Virus record (IMG/VR): IMGVR_UViG_3300033998_000198 | Location: 32,001-96,000 of that record | Length of the DNA stretch: 64,000 nt | Strand: one strand, 5' to 3' | DNA from: a virus | Shown here: piece after piece, positions 1 to 9,762 of the stretch | How positions within the stretch are numbered: position 1 is the first letter of the stretch | How the letters are laid out: the number at the start of each line of letters is the position of its first letter | Notes under the pieces: model-generated | Database searches by the model: none | Seen by the model: the letters and a program-made list of their open reading frames with translations, nothing else | What the model was told of the DNA's origin: nothing | Position numbers and translations under genes: made by a program

Positions 1-1
1 A

Positions 2-283
2 AAAGGACAGTATGATTACTCTCAAGTTGGACAAATATACGCTCCTCAGATAACTTTCTACTTTGTCCATAACGAACCACCTAAAGTAAAAGATATAGTT
101 TATATAGTCGGTTGGGATAAAGGAAGACCAGTAAATCTTATCAATATGTATGAGATCACGGGATTCCAAGGACATAGAGGGGAAGACGGAAGAATAGAAT
201 TCTATATGATATCGGCAACAAGCAAGCCAGAACTGATGAGCAGGGGTAAAGAGTATTTAGATAGATTGAGGCGAATGAGATGA
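2..283 (+). CDS. 5'-truncated virion structural protein (possibly neck/head-tail connector)
   Basis: Open frame from position 2 (KGQYDYSQVGQIYAPQITFYF...RLRRMR*) ending in TGA that overlaps the next ATG (ATGA at 280-283). Function inferred only from position upstream of the sheath genes. Confidence 0.6.
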   Translation, partial: KGQYDYSQVGQIYAPQITFYFVHNEPPKVKDIVYIVGWDKGRPVNLINMYEITGFQGHRGEDGRIEFYMISATSKPELMSRGKEYLDRLRRMR

Positions 284-1830
284 ATTATGATATCGTATCT
301 CAGTTAAATACAGTTGAAAATTACGGTAAAGTAATTTACCTTCTTGGTTCCGCAGAAAGCGGGCCTGTCCAAACTCCTGTAAAAGTCAGGACAACGGAAG
401 TGTTAAAAGATGTCTTCGGCAGCCTCGGTACTATTGTTGAAGCATTCAACCAGATTACAGATGTTGCCGGCAGCAATTGTGAAATATACTGTGTAAAGGT
501 AACAGGTACGCATGCAACATTGACGATGGATGTAAACGTAAAAGGCCAGAATGTAATCAACGACGGATTTATTATGAAATCCAAATATGCAAATGAGATA
601 TATAATAACATCTATGTTGCACTTGATAACCAAGGTATGACATTTTATTTTCCAACAGAACTTGGTGGAGGTACAAGACGGTATACTTTCTCCGATTACG
701 AAATACTCGGCTTGCTAATCAGAGCGATCAATGAAGATACAAAGAAAGGTCTTAACCATGTATGGGTACATGCAACAATAGGACACGGCACACCGCTTGA
801 TGGATTGCTATTCTCAGTCAATCCATCAATGATGAATTTCTCGGGAGGAAACAGCGGACTGTATTACAGTAAGGACCAATACTGGTTTTGTCTGTGCGAT
901 ACATATGATTTGCTTGAAAGTGAATATATTGATATAATATTACCATTGGATGCTTTTATGGACGATGTCCATCCGAGATTTTATTACGGTGACCAATTTG
1001 AGTCATCGGTTACATATTCAAGCGACAGAGACTACCTGGATCTTGAGGATTCAGATGGTAGACCGATAACGTTCCATCGGCCGCTTATAGACTTCTGTAA
1101 GAAGCAGATGCGGTTCGGTCTGATTACTCACGGTATCATGGGGTTTAATAAAATTCCAGATATTGAAGAATTGAATAATCAGGCGTATAATTATATTGAT
1201 GTAATAAAAGGAAGTCCGCTCGGAGACCGGATCGGATTCTTGAAAGCACCGGAAACCGACGACGGGTTCTTTATTTCGGTAGTAGCTGGAGAATTGGAAT
1301 ACAGTGATGGTACAATTGCAAACGGCTACACTGGTTATGCTGGCCTTATGGCAAGCACAACAATAGCATCAAGTTTGACAAATAAACCATTGGGAGATAA
1401 GGTCAAGCTGGCAACAACATTCACCAGCGAACAATTAGAGGCTATGGCCAATTTGGGGGTTGTGTCGTTTAGAGACAGTATTTTGAAGGGGTTAGTCGTA
1501 TCGAATGCGGTTACACCTGTAGCTGACATTTCTAATGAACTGCATTACTCATGCAATGTGAGAATGATTCAGTTAACACTATCCTTCATAAAATTACAAC
1601 TCGACAAATTCCTTGGCGAAGATATAAACAAACTCATTGACGACAATGCCATAGACACTACTATCAAAGGTGTGCTTGAGTATTTGAAAGAACAGGATGT
1701 TCTAAAGGATTACACTTACACACAGAATATCGATAGGATAAACGGAGTTCTTCAAATAACTCTCGACCTGAAGACCCTTTACATGGTTGAATCCTGCTCG
1801 GTATCTGCCGAAGCTACATTCAAAGTGTGA
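280..1830 (+). CDS. Tail sheath-like protein (paralog 1, 516 aa)
   Basis: N-terminal YLLGSAESGPVQTPVKV...FG matches the sheath N-terminus of 2652-4961 (LILGTAIDGPVMEPVAV...FG). C-terminal sheath-like region (NVRMIQLTL...FLGE...L..LKEQDVLKDY...ITLDL). Confidence 0.8.
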   Translation: MNYDIVSQLNTVENYGKVIYLLGSAESGPVQTPVKVRTTEVLKDVFGSLGTIVEAFNQITDVAGSNCEIYCVKVTGTHATLTMDVNVKGQNVINDGFIMKSKYANEIYNNIYVALDNQGMTFYFPTELGGGTRRYTFSDYEILGLLIRAINEDTKKGLNHVWVHATIGHGTPLDGLLFSVNPSMMNFSGGNSGLYYSKDQYWFCLCDTYDLLESEYIDIILPLDAFMDDVHPRFYYGDQFESSVTYSSDRDYLDLEDSDGRPITFHRPLIDFCKKQMRFGLITHGIMGFNKIPDIEELNNQAYNYIDVIKGSPLGDRIGFLKAPETDDGFFISVVAGELEYSDGTIANGYTGYAGLMASTTIASSLTNKPLGDKVKLATTFTSEQLEAMANLGVVSFRDSILKGLVVSNAVTPVADISNELHYSCNVRMIQLTLSFIKLQLDKFLGEDINKLIDDNAIDTTIKGVLEYLKEQDVLKDYTYTQNIDRINGVLQITLDLKTLYMVESCSVSAEATFKV

Positions 1831-1840
1831 GGTGCAGACA

Positions 1841-2638
1841 ATGGATATGGGAAACGTCTTCAAGGACGACGAATTGCTTGATAGAGTGTATAATGAATAT
1901 TTCGGAGAGAAGGAAAGCCCTCCGGAAAAAGCTGTACAACAGACTGAAGACCTGAAAGGTTATACATACAGGGAGTACAGCAAACGTAACGGATTAGTTG
2001 AGGGTACCGGCGACATACCTGGTTCAAATAAACAGAGATGGCTTGCGGAAGATAACATAGATGATGTCGATGAACTTGCAGAACACATCAGACTTATACT
2101 GAATGCTGCGTGGGGAGACAATTGGGGAGAGTTTGGTCCTGAGCTGAAAGAGGGTGAAAACCCTGAAGACATTCAGTTACCACAGATAACTTACGACGTT
2201 GTTACGAGGATCATTCCCGACAAGAAACCATTAAAACCTATTCTTATGGATACGGTTCAGGAGATTGTAAACGGGAAGCCCACCGGAGATTATTTTAATC
2301 TCTACCGTCAATGGTTTGACAGCGTAATAGAGTTTAATATCTGTGGAGCGAACAGTCTCGAAACACGACGGCTCATGAAGAAATTCGAGACGATCCTGGC
2401 AACATACACAGGGCATCTCAAGAAAGTCGGAGCAAGCGAAATCCTGTTTCTAAAAGAAGTACACCCAACGCAATCATCAAACTTTCGTGAAGGGATACCG
2501 ATGAAGTGTCTTCTGTACTTAGTCAGGATTGAAAGAATAACAGTAGTCAAGACAAGTACAATCAGGAAGATGGAGTTGGCTCTACAAACAGTTAACAATG
2601 CGGGACAAAATTCCGCACCAAAAACCTATAAACTTTAA
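1841..2638 (+). CDS. Putative tail completion/terminator-like protein (265 aa)
   Basis: Start moved from 1787 to ATG 1841 because of the GAGGTG RBS at ~1829-1834. Lies between the two sheath genes; function inferred from position. Confidence 0.5.
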   Translation: MDMGNVFKDDELLDRVYNEYFGEKESPPEKAVQQTEDLKGYTYREYSKRNGLVEGTGDIPGSNKQRWLAEDNIDDVDELAEHIRLILNAAWGDNWGEFGPELKEGENPEDIQLPQITYDVVTRIIPDKKPLKPILMDTVQEIVNGKPTGDYFNLYRQWFDSVIEFNICGANSLETRRLMKKFETILATYTGHLKKVGASEILFLKEVHPTQSSNFREGIPMKCLLYLVRIERITVVKTSTIRKMELALQTVNNAGQNSAPKTYKL

Positions 2639-2651
2639 GGAGGAAGCGTAA

Positions 2652-4961
2652 ATGATCGCATTTCGCAACTTATACCCAAATCTTCCAGGTCATCTGGTAG
2701 AGTTCAAGGATGGCGGATTGGCTCTCAGAGTTGAAGCAGATCCACCAAAAACCGACAGTATGCTCATTCTCGGAACCGCAATTGACGGTCCTGTTATGGA
2801 GCCTGTAGCTGTAGATGCAACTACTGCTGAATTGCTGTTCGGTAAGGCAGTAAAGGGTAACGGCGTACCCAATGGATCAACACTGATTCCCGCATTTGAA
2901 GAAGCATGGAACGCTGGATGCCGTGATATTCGTCTTATGAGGATATCTGGTGATTACGCCGTAGCGGAAATCAAAGCTGAAGATTTAACATCAACAACCC
3001 AGAAGCTCAAGACAGAACAGTTAGGAGTTGCCCCAGGTAATGATGAAACAGTTATTACACTGGCAAACAAGCATATCGTTCCTAACTCTGCAAAAGTATA
3101 CGTAAAAGGCACTCAGCTTCTGACAGGCTTTACTGTTGATGAAGCAGCAGGTAAGGTAACCATTGCTGCTGGTGTTGACGATGCTGGGGCGTCAGTATCT
3201 GTAAGTTACAAATACTTCGCTATTGAAGATGTCGCTAACGAAGCGGCTACTGTAGAAGGAGGCAAAGTAACACTTACATATGATATTGACTCTATAGTGT
3301 CCATTAAAGTCAATGGAGATCCTGCAACACCCGTTTATACTGTGTCCGGAAAAGACATTACTTTTGAGTCCGGCGTTGCTGAAGGTGACAACGTAGCTGT
3401 TACATACAAAGGTATCACTACTAACGAAATCACCGCTCAGGAGAACGGAACCGGTACTGATCCTTTCCTTACTGCAACATCTTTGATGGTAGTGCCAATC
3501 GGACAGAGCCCTGTTCCCGGAACAATGCATCTGTATGCTAACGGAACTGAAATCCTCACTTCCGGAGCTTTCACAGTTGACGGTACTGCAAAGACCATCA
3601 GTATAAAGAAGGAAATGGTTTCTAAGGGAGCTCTCCTTGAAATCAGCTACATGTATAACGAAACTGCAACTCAGACTCCTAAGATTGAAATAACATCCAT
3701 ATATGGCGGCGAAGTTTACAATCAGGCAAAAGTTGAAGTTGTAGATGTCAAGGACTCCAGCGGTAATGTAATGGGTAAGAAAGTTATTCTTACCAAACCC
3801 GAATCCAAGAAAGCACAGGTCGCAGAAGAACCTTTGAGCTACAGCTCACTGGATTATCCGAACTTCATGCTCTTGGTACAGGCAATCAACAACGACCCGA
3901 TGAATAATGTGTTCAAGGCTTCAACTAAGTTCAACAACGTTGAAACCTCCAAGTTGTTAACCAAAACCCCAACTTTCTTTCTCGGTGGAGCAGATGGAAT
4001 CAACCTCACAAAAGAGGAATTGTTCGAAGCTCTGTCTGGTAAGAGAAATGAAGCCGGCCTGTTGACTAAACAGGGAGCGTATCAGTTGCTCGAAGATTAT
4101 CAGGTTGACTGGGTCGTTCCTGTTGGTGTTTATGCTGACGACGAACTTCCTGGTAAATTCCAGAACTTTGCATATGAGCTGGCTATGTTCTGTGCGGTTC
4201 TCTCCTACAGGAACAAGATGACCTTCGGTGCAATCAATATGAAGCCTGTAGAAGACACCGGTCTGTCTTCAATTCAGGAACACGCTAAGAAACTTGCTGC
4301 ATTCGAGAACCTCTACTACATGAGAGATTCATACGGCAATATAATCAAAGACAGCAACGGAAACTTTATCGATCTCGGAGGATTCATTAACGTTGTTGCC
4401 GGACCTGAAATAGCTGTTAGAGGCACAAGCCTTGGAACATATAACGCAGATCCTGCGGTTTCATATGTTGCATTCAGTACGACACTGAATCCTCAGTCCG
4501 CAGCAGGCAATAAGACAATACCTAATGGTAGGGGGCTTCGTTACAGATTCTCCAATGCACAGCTCGACAGTATCGTCGCAAGACGTTTAACCGTACTGAA
4601 ACTCAAACAGGACGGCAGCGTTTCTGTAGTAGATGATGCAACCTGTGCAGCTCCTGGTTCTGACTACGCAAGAAGAACCACTGGTAAGGTTGTAAGAGAA
4701 GTCGTCGATCAGATCAGAGAAGTCTGTGATCCTTTCATCGGCGAACCTAACACAATCGAACAGAGAAACGCAATGTCTGCCACCATCAGTAAGAGACTTG
4801 GACAGTTGAAAGATGCTGGAGTAATCCAGGACTATGACTTCCAGGTAGTTGCAACATTGCAGGATCAACTGCTTGGTCAGGCAAAGATCGAGTTAACCCT
4901 CGTTCCACCTCAAGAATTGAGGAAGATCACTACAGTTGTAAGCCTCAAGCCTTCTCTGTAA
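2652..4961 (+). CDS. Major tail sheath protein with inserted Ig-like modules (769 aa)
   Basis: Strong AAGGAGG RBS. Sheath N-terminal motif (GTAIDGPV..PV) and C-terminal sheath domain (RVVREVVDQIREVCDPFIGEPN...IELTLVPPQELRKI). Central beta-rich inserts end in VSVSYKY / VAVTYKG / LEISYMY. Confidence 0.9.
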   Translation: MIAFRNLYPNLPGHLVEFKDGGLALRVEADPPKTDSMLILGTAIDGPVMEPVAVDATTAELLFGKAVKGNGVPNGSTLIPAFEEAWNAGCRDIRLMRISGDYAVAEIKAEDLTSTTQKLKTEQLGVAPGNDETVITLANKHIVPNSAKVYVKGTQLLTGFTVDEAAGKVTIAAGVDDAGASVSVSYKYFAIEDVANEAATVEGGKVTLTYDIDSIVSIKVNGDPATPVYTVSGKDITFESGVAEGDNVAVTYKGITTNEITAQENGTGTDPFLTATSLMVVPIGQSPVPGTMHLYANGTEILTSGAFTVDGTAKTISIKKEMVSKGALLEISYMYNETATQTPKIEITSIYGGEVYNQAKVEVVDVKDSSGNVMGKKVILTKPESKKAQVAEEPLSYSSLDYPNFMLLVQAINNDPMNNVFKASTKFNNVETSKLLTKTPTFFLGGADGINLTKEELFEALSGKRNEAGLLTKQGAYQLLEDYQVDWVVPVGVYADDELPGKFQNFAYELAMFCAVLSYRNKMTFGAINMKPVEDTGLSSIQEHAKKLAAFENLYYMRDSYGNIIKDSNGNFIDLGGFINVVAGPEIAVRGTSLGTYNADPAVSYVAFSTTLNPQSAAGNKTIPNGRGLRYRFSNAQLDSIVARRLTVLKLKQDGSVSVVDDATCAAPGSDYARRTTGKVVREVVDQIREVCDPFIGEPNTIEQRNAMSATISKRLGQLKDAGVIQDYDFQVVATLQDQLLGQAKIELTLVPPQELRKITTVVSLKPSL

Positions 4962-4978
4962 GTGATCTGAGCCGTAAA

Positions 4979-4998
4979 GGGGCGGCCAACACCGCCCC
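4979..4998 (+). other. GC-rich stem-loop between sheath and tube genes (no U-tract)
   Basis: GGGGCGG-CCAACA-CCGCCCC, a perfect 7-bp stem followed by AATATTAAAT rather than poly-T. Confidence 0.6.
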
Positions 4999-5031
4999 AA
5001 TATTAAATCCTAACTCAAGGAGGAATATGAC

Positions 5032-5838
5032 ATGGCAAGTCCATTCATTCACACTTTAACTTCATTCAGTGGAGCGGACCTGGTTGTTAACTTTGCTAAT
5101 CAGGTAGTAGGTGAGTTGCAACAGATCTCCTGGGCAATCCAGAGAGAAAAAGCTCCTGTATTCACACTCGGTTCCTCTGACCCACGTTCTTTCAGTCGTG
5201 GTAAGAGAGGTATAGCAGGTTCAATGGTGTTCGCTGTGTTCGATAACGACGCAATCGTAAACGCACTATTAAAAGAGTGGCAGAACATAGCACCAAAAGC
5301 AATGTTCTCTGCTGCCGGAAACGTAGCTGTAAGAGGTTCTGAAGACTTTTCAAAAGCTATGGACCTTACAAACTGGAATAAAGCTGCAACAGATGCTGCT
5401 AATTATACTCAGGGTACTACCGGAATAGGTAATGGTTATGGTTATGCCGGAACCCAATCTTTGAGTCCTGGTCAACAGCCTGGATCAAACAACATCCCAA
5501 CAGTTGATACTGAAGGTAACATTATTGGTTGGACTCCATCAACAGACCAGATTTATGTACCTGCCGGATTCTCTCCTATCAGAGGAGACAATATCCTGTA
5601 TGCAGACATGCTGCCTCCATTCGATGTCACTATGACATTTGCAAACGAATATGGTCAGTGTGCATTCCAGAAGATTTATGACGTTGATATCCTGAACGAA
5701 GGTTCCGGTGTATCCGTTGACACAATCGTAATGGAAAGACAGATGACCTATATAGCAAGAAGGATAAGTCCTTTGATCAAGGGTGTATACTCAAGAGATC
5801 AGGGCGGAGCCGTAAAAGGTTTAAGAAATCCTCGCTAA
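5032..5838 (+). CDS. Major tail tube protein (268 aa)
   Basis: AAGGAGG RBS; directly follows the sheath. TSFSGADL...QREKAPVFTLG..PRSFSRGKRGIAGSMVF and PPFDVTMTFANEYG...YIARRI motifs, recognised as a tube family of large Firmicutes myoviruses. Confidence 0.85.
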   Translation: MASPFIHTLTSFSGADLVVNFANQVVGELQQISWAIQREKAPVFTLGSSDPRSFSRGKRGIAGSMVFAVFDNDAIVNALLKEWQNIAPKAMFSAAGNVAVRGSEDFSKAMDLTNWNKAATDAANYTQGTTGIGNGYGYAGTQSLSPGQQPGSNNIPTVDTEGNIIGWTPSTDQIYVPAGFSPIRGDNILYADMLPPFDVTMTFANEYGQCAFQKIYDVDILNEGSGVSVDTIVMERQMTYIARRISPLIKGVYSRDQGGAVKGLRNPR

Positions 5839-5850
5839 TATGGCTAAAAT

Positions 5851-5885
5851 ATAGAGCCGGGCCGGTGTTATCGGCTCGGCTCTAT
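5851..5885 (+). other. Long stem-loop immediately upstream of the RBS of 5904
   Basis: ATAGAGCCGGGCCGG-TGTTA-TCGGCTCGGCTCTAT, a 15-bp stem with two G-U pairs and no U-tract. The AAGGAG RBS follows within ~5 nt. Confidence 0.65.
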
Positions 5886-5903
5886 TGATAAAGGAGAATA
5901 TCA

Positions 5904-7430
5904 ATGGCTAACGAAAAGTTAACAGATCAAATACATAAATATTTTAAGTCTTTCAGCGGAGTGGATGCTCTTGCTTTCCTTCTGTTCCCTGAATCCTCAC
6001 CGGTTCTTATTGGTACATTGACAACCATTAGCTACTCCATATTCAGAGAAAAAGTTCCAGTAAAACTCATGAGTAGAGTCAGTGTTCCGGTGTATACCAA
6101 GGGACTTCGTTACTGTGCAGGAACCATGATATTCACCATGATTAACAAGCACTGGGTCAATGAACTTATCGCTCAGGTCCCCTGGCTTAAATATTACGGC
6201 AAGATTAAGGCAGATGAACTTCCAAACTTCGATATTATGATTGTCTGTGCGAACGAGTATGGAGCTTCTGCTTCTATGTACATTTATGCTGCTGAAATAT
6301 CTGATGAATCACAGACCCTTTCGATTGAAGATATTTTTACAGAGAATCAGTTTAGCTTTGTAGCAAAAGATATCGACGTAATGGACAGTGATGACACTGG
6401 AAACATCGTTATCCCTGGACGGTCTACGAGTTTTATCCAGCCTATTGAAAGCATCGTGTCGCTTGATATGGTTGCTCCTACAGAAGGTCAAATCAACAGC
6501 CAGAAACAGAGTGCAACCAAAAGAAATGATGAACTTACAATCTATGTAGATAGTGTTAAGGTTGATATTCCAGCGGAAGAAAAGGAACGTCCACGAATTA
6601 ATGAACATGGCAATGCAATTGCACCAATGCGTTTTGTGTTCAATGCAATGGGATGGAATGTTCAATGGATACGGCCTGAAGACAACGGAGGGATAAGTAA
6701 AGGCGTATTCTATCTTATGGCTCAGGACGGCGATCCTCAGTTTACCCTTGAAATCAACCATAACAACCAGACCGGTGTGTTCTATAAAAGAGATCTTAAC
6801 ACTAATAAGACCACAAAGTATAACATACCGTTTTCAACTCCTCCATTTGTTGAATACGGAAGAACTGTGTGTGAGTTAAGACCGCTGTTTGATTTTCTGT
6901 CGAACCATATAGGTGCATACACTGTAACATGGGGGTATGATTCAAACAGTGTATTTATAGATAGCCAGTCGGTAAAAAACAAACCGACACTCGATGAGAA
7001 CTCAAATTCAAAAGACAACATTGATGAGATACAGAATCTGCAATCCCTTTTGAACGACAATGGGTATAGGCCGACACTTAATATCTCAGGTGTATTTGAT
7101 TATACGACCAAATGGGCTTTGATGACGTTTCAGGCAAACGCAGGTCTCGAACCTACCGGTATTTGTGACAAGGCCACATGGGCCGCACTGTTGAAGCACA
7201 CAAAAATCAATAACGATACATGGCCAAAGACAGGGAAATGTATTACTGCAAGCGGAGCTTATATGCGTAAGGAGCCAAAAATAGACGACAAAAATATCCT
7301 TACAACTATTTTATATAAGAGTTCCGTCAAAGTGTATAGTCATGGCTCCGGAGGGTGGGTTCCTGTGATAACTACCGTCAGAGGTGTTGAGCTAAAAGGC
7401 TTTATGGAAGCGAAAGATTTGAAATTCTAA
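5904..7430 (+). CDS. Tube-fold paralog fused to copper-amine-oxidase-N-like, peptidoglycan-binding and SH3-like domains (508 aa)
   Basis: N-terminal SFSGVDA...GLRYCAGTMIF...PNFDIMIVCANEYG...FVAKDI is paralogous to the tube. PG_binding_1 pattern IQNLQSLLNDNGY...GVFDYTTKWALMTFQ..AGLEPTGICDKATW (~7020-7200). C-terminal AYMRKEP...VKVYSHGSGGWVPV (SH3b-like). Confidence 0.75.
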   Translation: MANEKLTDQIHKYFKSFSGVDALAFLLFPESSPVLIGTLTTISYSIFREKVPVKLMSRVSVPVYTKGLRYCAGTMIFTMINKHWVNELIAQVPWLKYYGKIKADELPNFDIMIVCANEYGASASMYIYAAEISDESQTLSIEDIFTENQFSFVAKDIDVMDSDDTGNIVIPGRSTSFIQPIESIVSLDMVAPTEGQINSQKQSATKRNDELTIYVDSVKVDIPAEEKERPRINEHGNAIAPMRFVFNAMGWNVQWIRPEDNGGISKGVFYLMAQDGDPQFTLEINHNNQTGVFYKRDLNTNKTTKYNIPFSTPPFVEYGRTVCELRPLFDFLSNHIGAYTVTWGYDSNSVFIDSQSVKNKPTLDENSNSKDNIDEIQNLQSLLNDNGYRPTLNISGVFDYTTKWALMTFQANAGLEPTGICDKATWAALLKHTKINNDTWPKTGKCITASGAYMRKEPKIDDKNILTTILYKSSVKVYSHGSGGWVPVITTVRGVELKGFMEAKDLKF

Positions 7431-7440
7431 GGAGGCTGTC

Positions 7441-7791
7441 ATGTATAATTTATATCCGTATGATTATGACTATATTACCCCGATTGGGAAGCAAGATGTT
7501 ACTTTTGATAGCCTAAACGCAAAAGACTATGGTATAATATATAGGTGGGCATCCAAAGATTTGAAAGTCAAAGTATACGCCATTGCATATTACCCAGGAG
7601 GTATTTACAAAGAATTTTACGCTGATGTTTTGATACAGCAAAATACAAATGGCGAAATAACAGGAGAATTTGTAGAAGATGCCTTTAAAGAAGCTGAGGA
7701 TTTAATTGTCGGCAAACCGGAGTACATAGAATTTATCATTACACCGTTTAAATGTGCTCCTATGAAATGGATGTTATATATCAAGGGGTGA
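7441..7791 (+). CDS. Hypothetical protein (116 aa)
   Basis: AAGGAGG RBS, ORF in operon; no recognisable motif. Confidence 0.7.
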   Translation: MYNLYPYDYDYITPIGKQDVTFDSLNAKDYGIIYRWASKDLKVKVYAIAYYPGGIYKEFYADVLIQQNTNGEITGEFVEDAFKEAEDLIVGKPEYIEFIITPFKCAPMKWMLYIKG

Positions 7792-7796
7792 GGTAA

Positions 7797-8603
7797 ATGG
7801 GCGAAACAATCAAGCCGTTAGAGCAACGGTATTCACATAATCCTAACAGCAGAGAATATATCCTGTTCCCTGAAGAATATTTTTCAGGAGCAAGCTGCTC
7901 AATCTTCTTTGGACATAGACCTATCGTTGATATATCTGGACTCCAGTTTATGTTGCAGGAACAAATGAAACCGATATATAGTTATGCTTCAAGAACATTC
8001 GATGAAATGGCCATAGGAAACCGTATCATCACCGGCACATTCAAAGTTGCATTCAAAGAGGCCGGCCTTCTTAATGCCATCCTTGATGAAATTGAGAATT
8101 ATAAGGTAGACGCAAATGCGGCCGCTGCACTGTTCACAGAAGGCGAAGACATACCGGCATGGGTCGGCGAAGCAGGATACACTCCGGAAATACTCCTTGG
8201 TATGGCTATGATGAACAATCCTACTGTTGTAGATTCTGATATATCAGAAGTAAAGATATACTTTCTTGGTAACAGAATCTTCTTTCCACCGGATCAACCT
8301 GCAAGGGTTATTCCAATTGACGGACAGAATGCAGTATGGGTTCCACTTCGTTTTATGTTGGATAACATAGGATATTCTTATATATACGATGATGTGAACG
8401 AAATCCACACATGGTACAATCGTGACAAATCCACTGTAATCAATGTAAACCTGAAGACCAATGAGTTTTTTCTAAACGGCAATAAACTCAATATAAAGAT
8501 GCAGATTATAGATGACAGAACATTTATTCCTATATATACATTGTTTGAAAATCTTGGGTATAAAGTTACCTGGGACAATTCGGGATGTAAAGTTACACTG
8601 TAG
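7797..8603 (+). CDS. N-terminal half of a tube-fold paralog plus copper-amine-oxidase-N-like domain (268 aa)
   Basis: EYFSGASCSIFFG...QEQMKPIYSYASRTFDEMAIGNRIITGTFKVAF matches the first half of the tube fold. C-terminal WVPLRFMLDNIGY...DRTFIPIYTLFENLGYKVTWD is copper-amine-oxidase-N-like. Confidence 0.7.
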   Translation: MGETIKPLEQRYSHNPNSREYILFPEEYFSGASCSIFFGHRPIVDISGLQFMLQEQMKPIYSYASRTFDEMAIGNRIITGTFKVAFKEAGLLNAILDEIENYKVDANAAAALFTEGEDIPAWVGEAGYTPEILLGMAMMNNPTVVDSDISEVKIYFLGNRIFFPPDQPARVIPIDGQNAVWVPLRFMLDNIGYSYIYDDVNEIHTWYNRDKSTVINVNLKTNEFFLNGNKLNIKMQIIDDRTFIPIYTLFENLGYKVTWDNSGCKVTL

Positions 8604-8615
8604 GAGGGTGGAGAT

Positions 8616-9746
8616 GTGGCTACTCAGAATTACACAATTAAGTCAGGCGATACATTGAGCGGAATTGCTGCTAAATTTGGCACTTCAGTCAACACTCTCA
8701 TGAGCCTTAACAGTGACAAGATAACAAACCCAAATTACATCCAGGCCGGCTGGGTTATAAAAGTTCCTGTAAGTGGAGGGTCGACGACCAAGGCTTCAGG
8801 AGGAACCAGTCTTAATATAGATACCAGCATAGTTGACTATTGTAAATACATAGGTGTCGATTCAAGTCACAATGCAAGGGCAAAATATGCTGTCGCATAT
8901 GGTATCGTTGCAAGTGCGTCAGCTTATACCGGTTCTTATAACCAGAATGTAAGTCTTCTTTCTGCAATGAAAAAAGACGGAGGAGCGAAAGCAAAAGGTG
9001 AAAGCAGTTCTGGTGGTGGTGGAAGCGATGCAGGAGCAAAACCTCAAGTAGGAGATTATGTTTATGCCACAGGATATGTATACAAAAGTTCTGACGCTCT
9101 TGGCCGCGGAATCCACCTTGATAATCGTCATTGCAAAGTTACGCATACCAATTATGGTCCGTCGTGGTCTGTCAAGCCTGTTCATGTAGCCACACAAGAT
9201 GGTTCGGGCCCTCTTGGGTGGATGGAAGTAGGTGAGGTTAAGATATGTACGCAAAAACATGACGCTCATGGTAATCATATTTCTGATCCGACACCTGCTC
9301 CAAAACCAGAACCTCCTAAGACCAATCCCACGCCAACTCCTGCATCCAACACAAAGGATACCGATGGTATTGACAGGGCAGGAGACAAAAACAGCAAAGC
9401 AGAATTTCAAGACAGCATCAATGATTACACAGCAAAGGTATGGGATGATAACAAGAAAGACACAAGAATGGATAGAAAGTTTGAACCATTCTTCTATGAC
9501 AGTACCAAACCTAATATGAGGGAAAAAGGTTTTGATATAAACATTATATACGGCGGAGCTATTCAGAGCTTGATAGAACTCAATAAGTACGTTAAGACGG
9601 GAAACTCGGCAGCGTTTGAACAATTTAAGCACAATACGATCCGTGCATTGCGTGGTGTATATATAAGATCTGTTGGTCAGGAATTGGATGCCTCTGGCAA
9701 CCCTGTATATGAGATATACGAGTTCGTCGCCAGAGATATCGAATAA
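8616..9746 (+). CDS. LysM + SH3-like protein ending in the C-terminal half of a tube fold (376 aa)
   Basis: GTG start after GGAGGG. Lys[28 protein letters not shown]...[10 protein letters not shown]; SH3-like VGDYVY...GPLGWM. C-terminal GFDINIIYG...[14 protein letters not shown]...YEFVARDIE resembles the tube C-half. Confidence 0.75.
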   Translation: MATQNYTIKSGDTLSGIAAKFGTSVNTLMSLNSDKITNPNYIQAGWVIKVPVSGGSTTKASGGTSLNIDTSIVDYCKYIGVDSSHNARAKYAVAYGIVASASAYTGSYNQNVSLLSAMKKDGGAKAKGESSSGGGGSDAGAKPQVGDYVYATGYVYKSSDALGRGIHLDNRHCKVTHTNYGPSWSVKPVHVATQDGSGPLGWMEVGEVKICTQKHDAHGNHISDPTPAPKPEPPKTNPTPTPASNTKDTDGIDRAGDKNSKAEFQDSINDYTAKVWDDNKKDTRMDRKFEPFFYDSTKPNMREKGFDINIIYGGAIQSLIELNKYVKTGNSAAFEQFKHNTIRALRGVYIRSVGQELDASGNPVYEIYEFVARDIE

Positions 9747-9762
9747 ATAAGGGGGTAATTAA

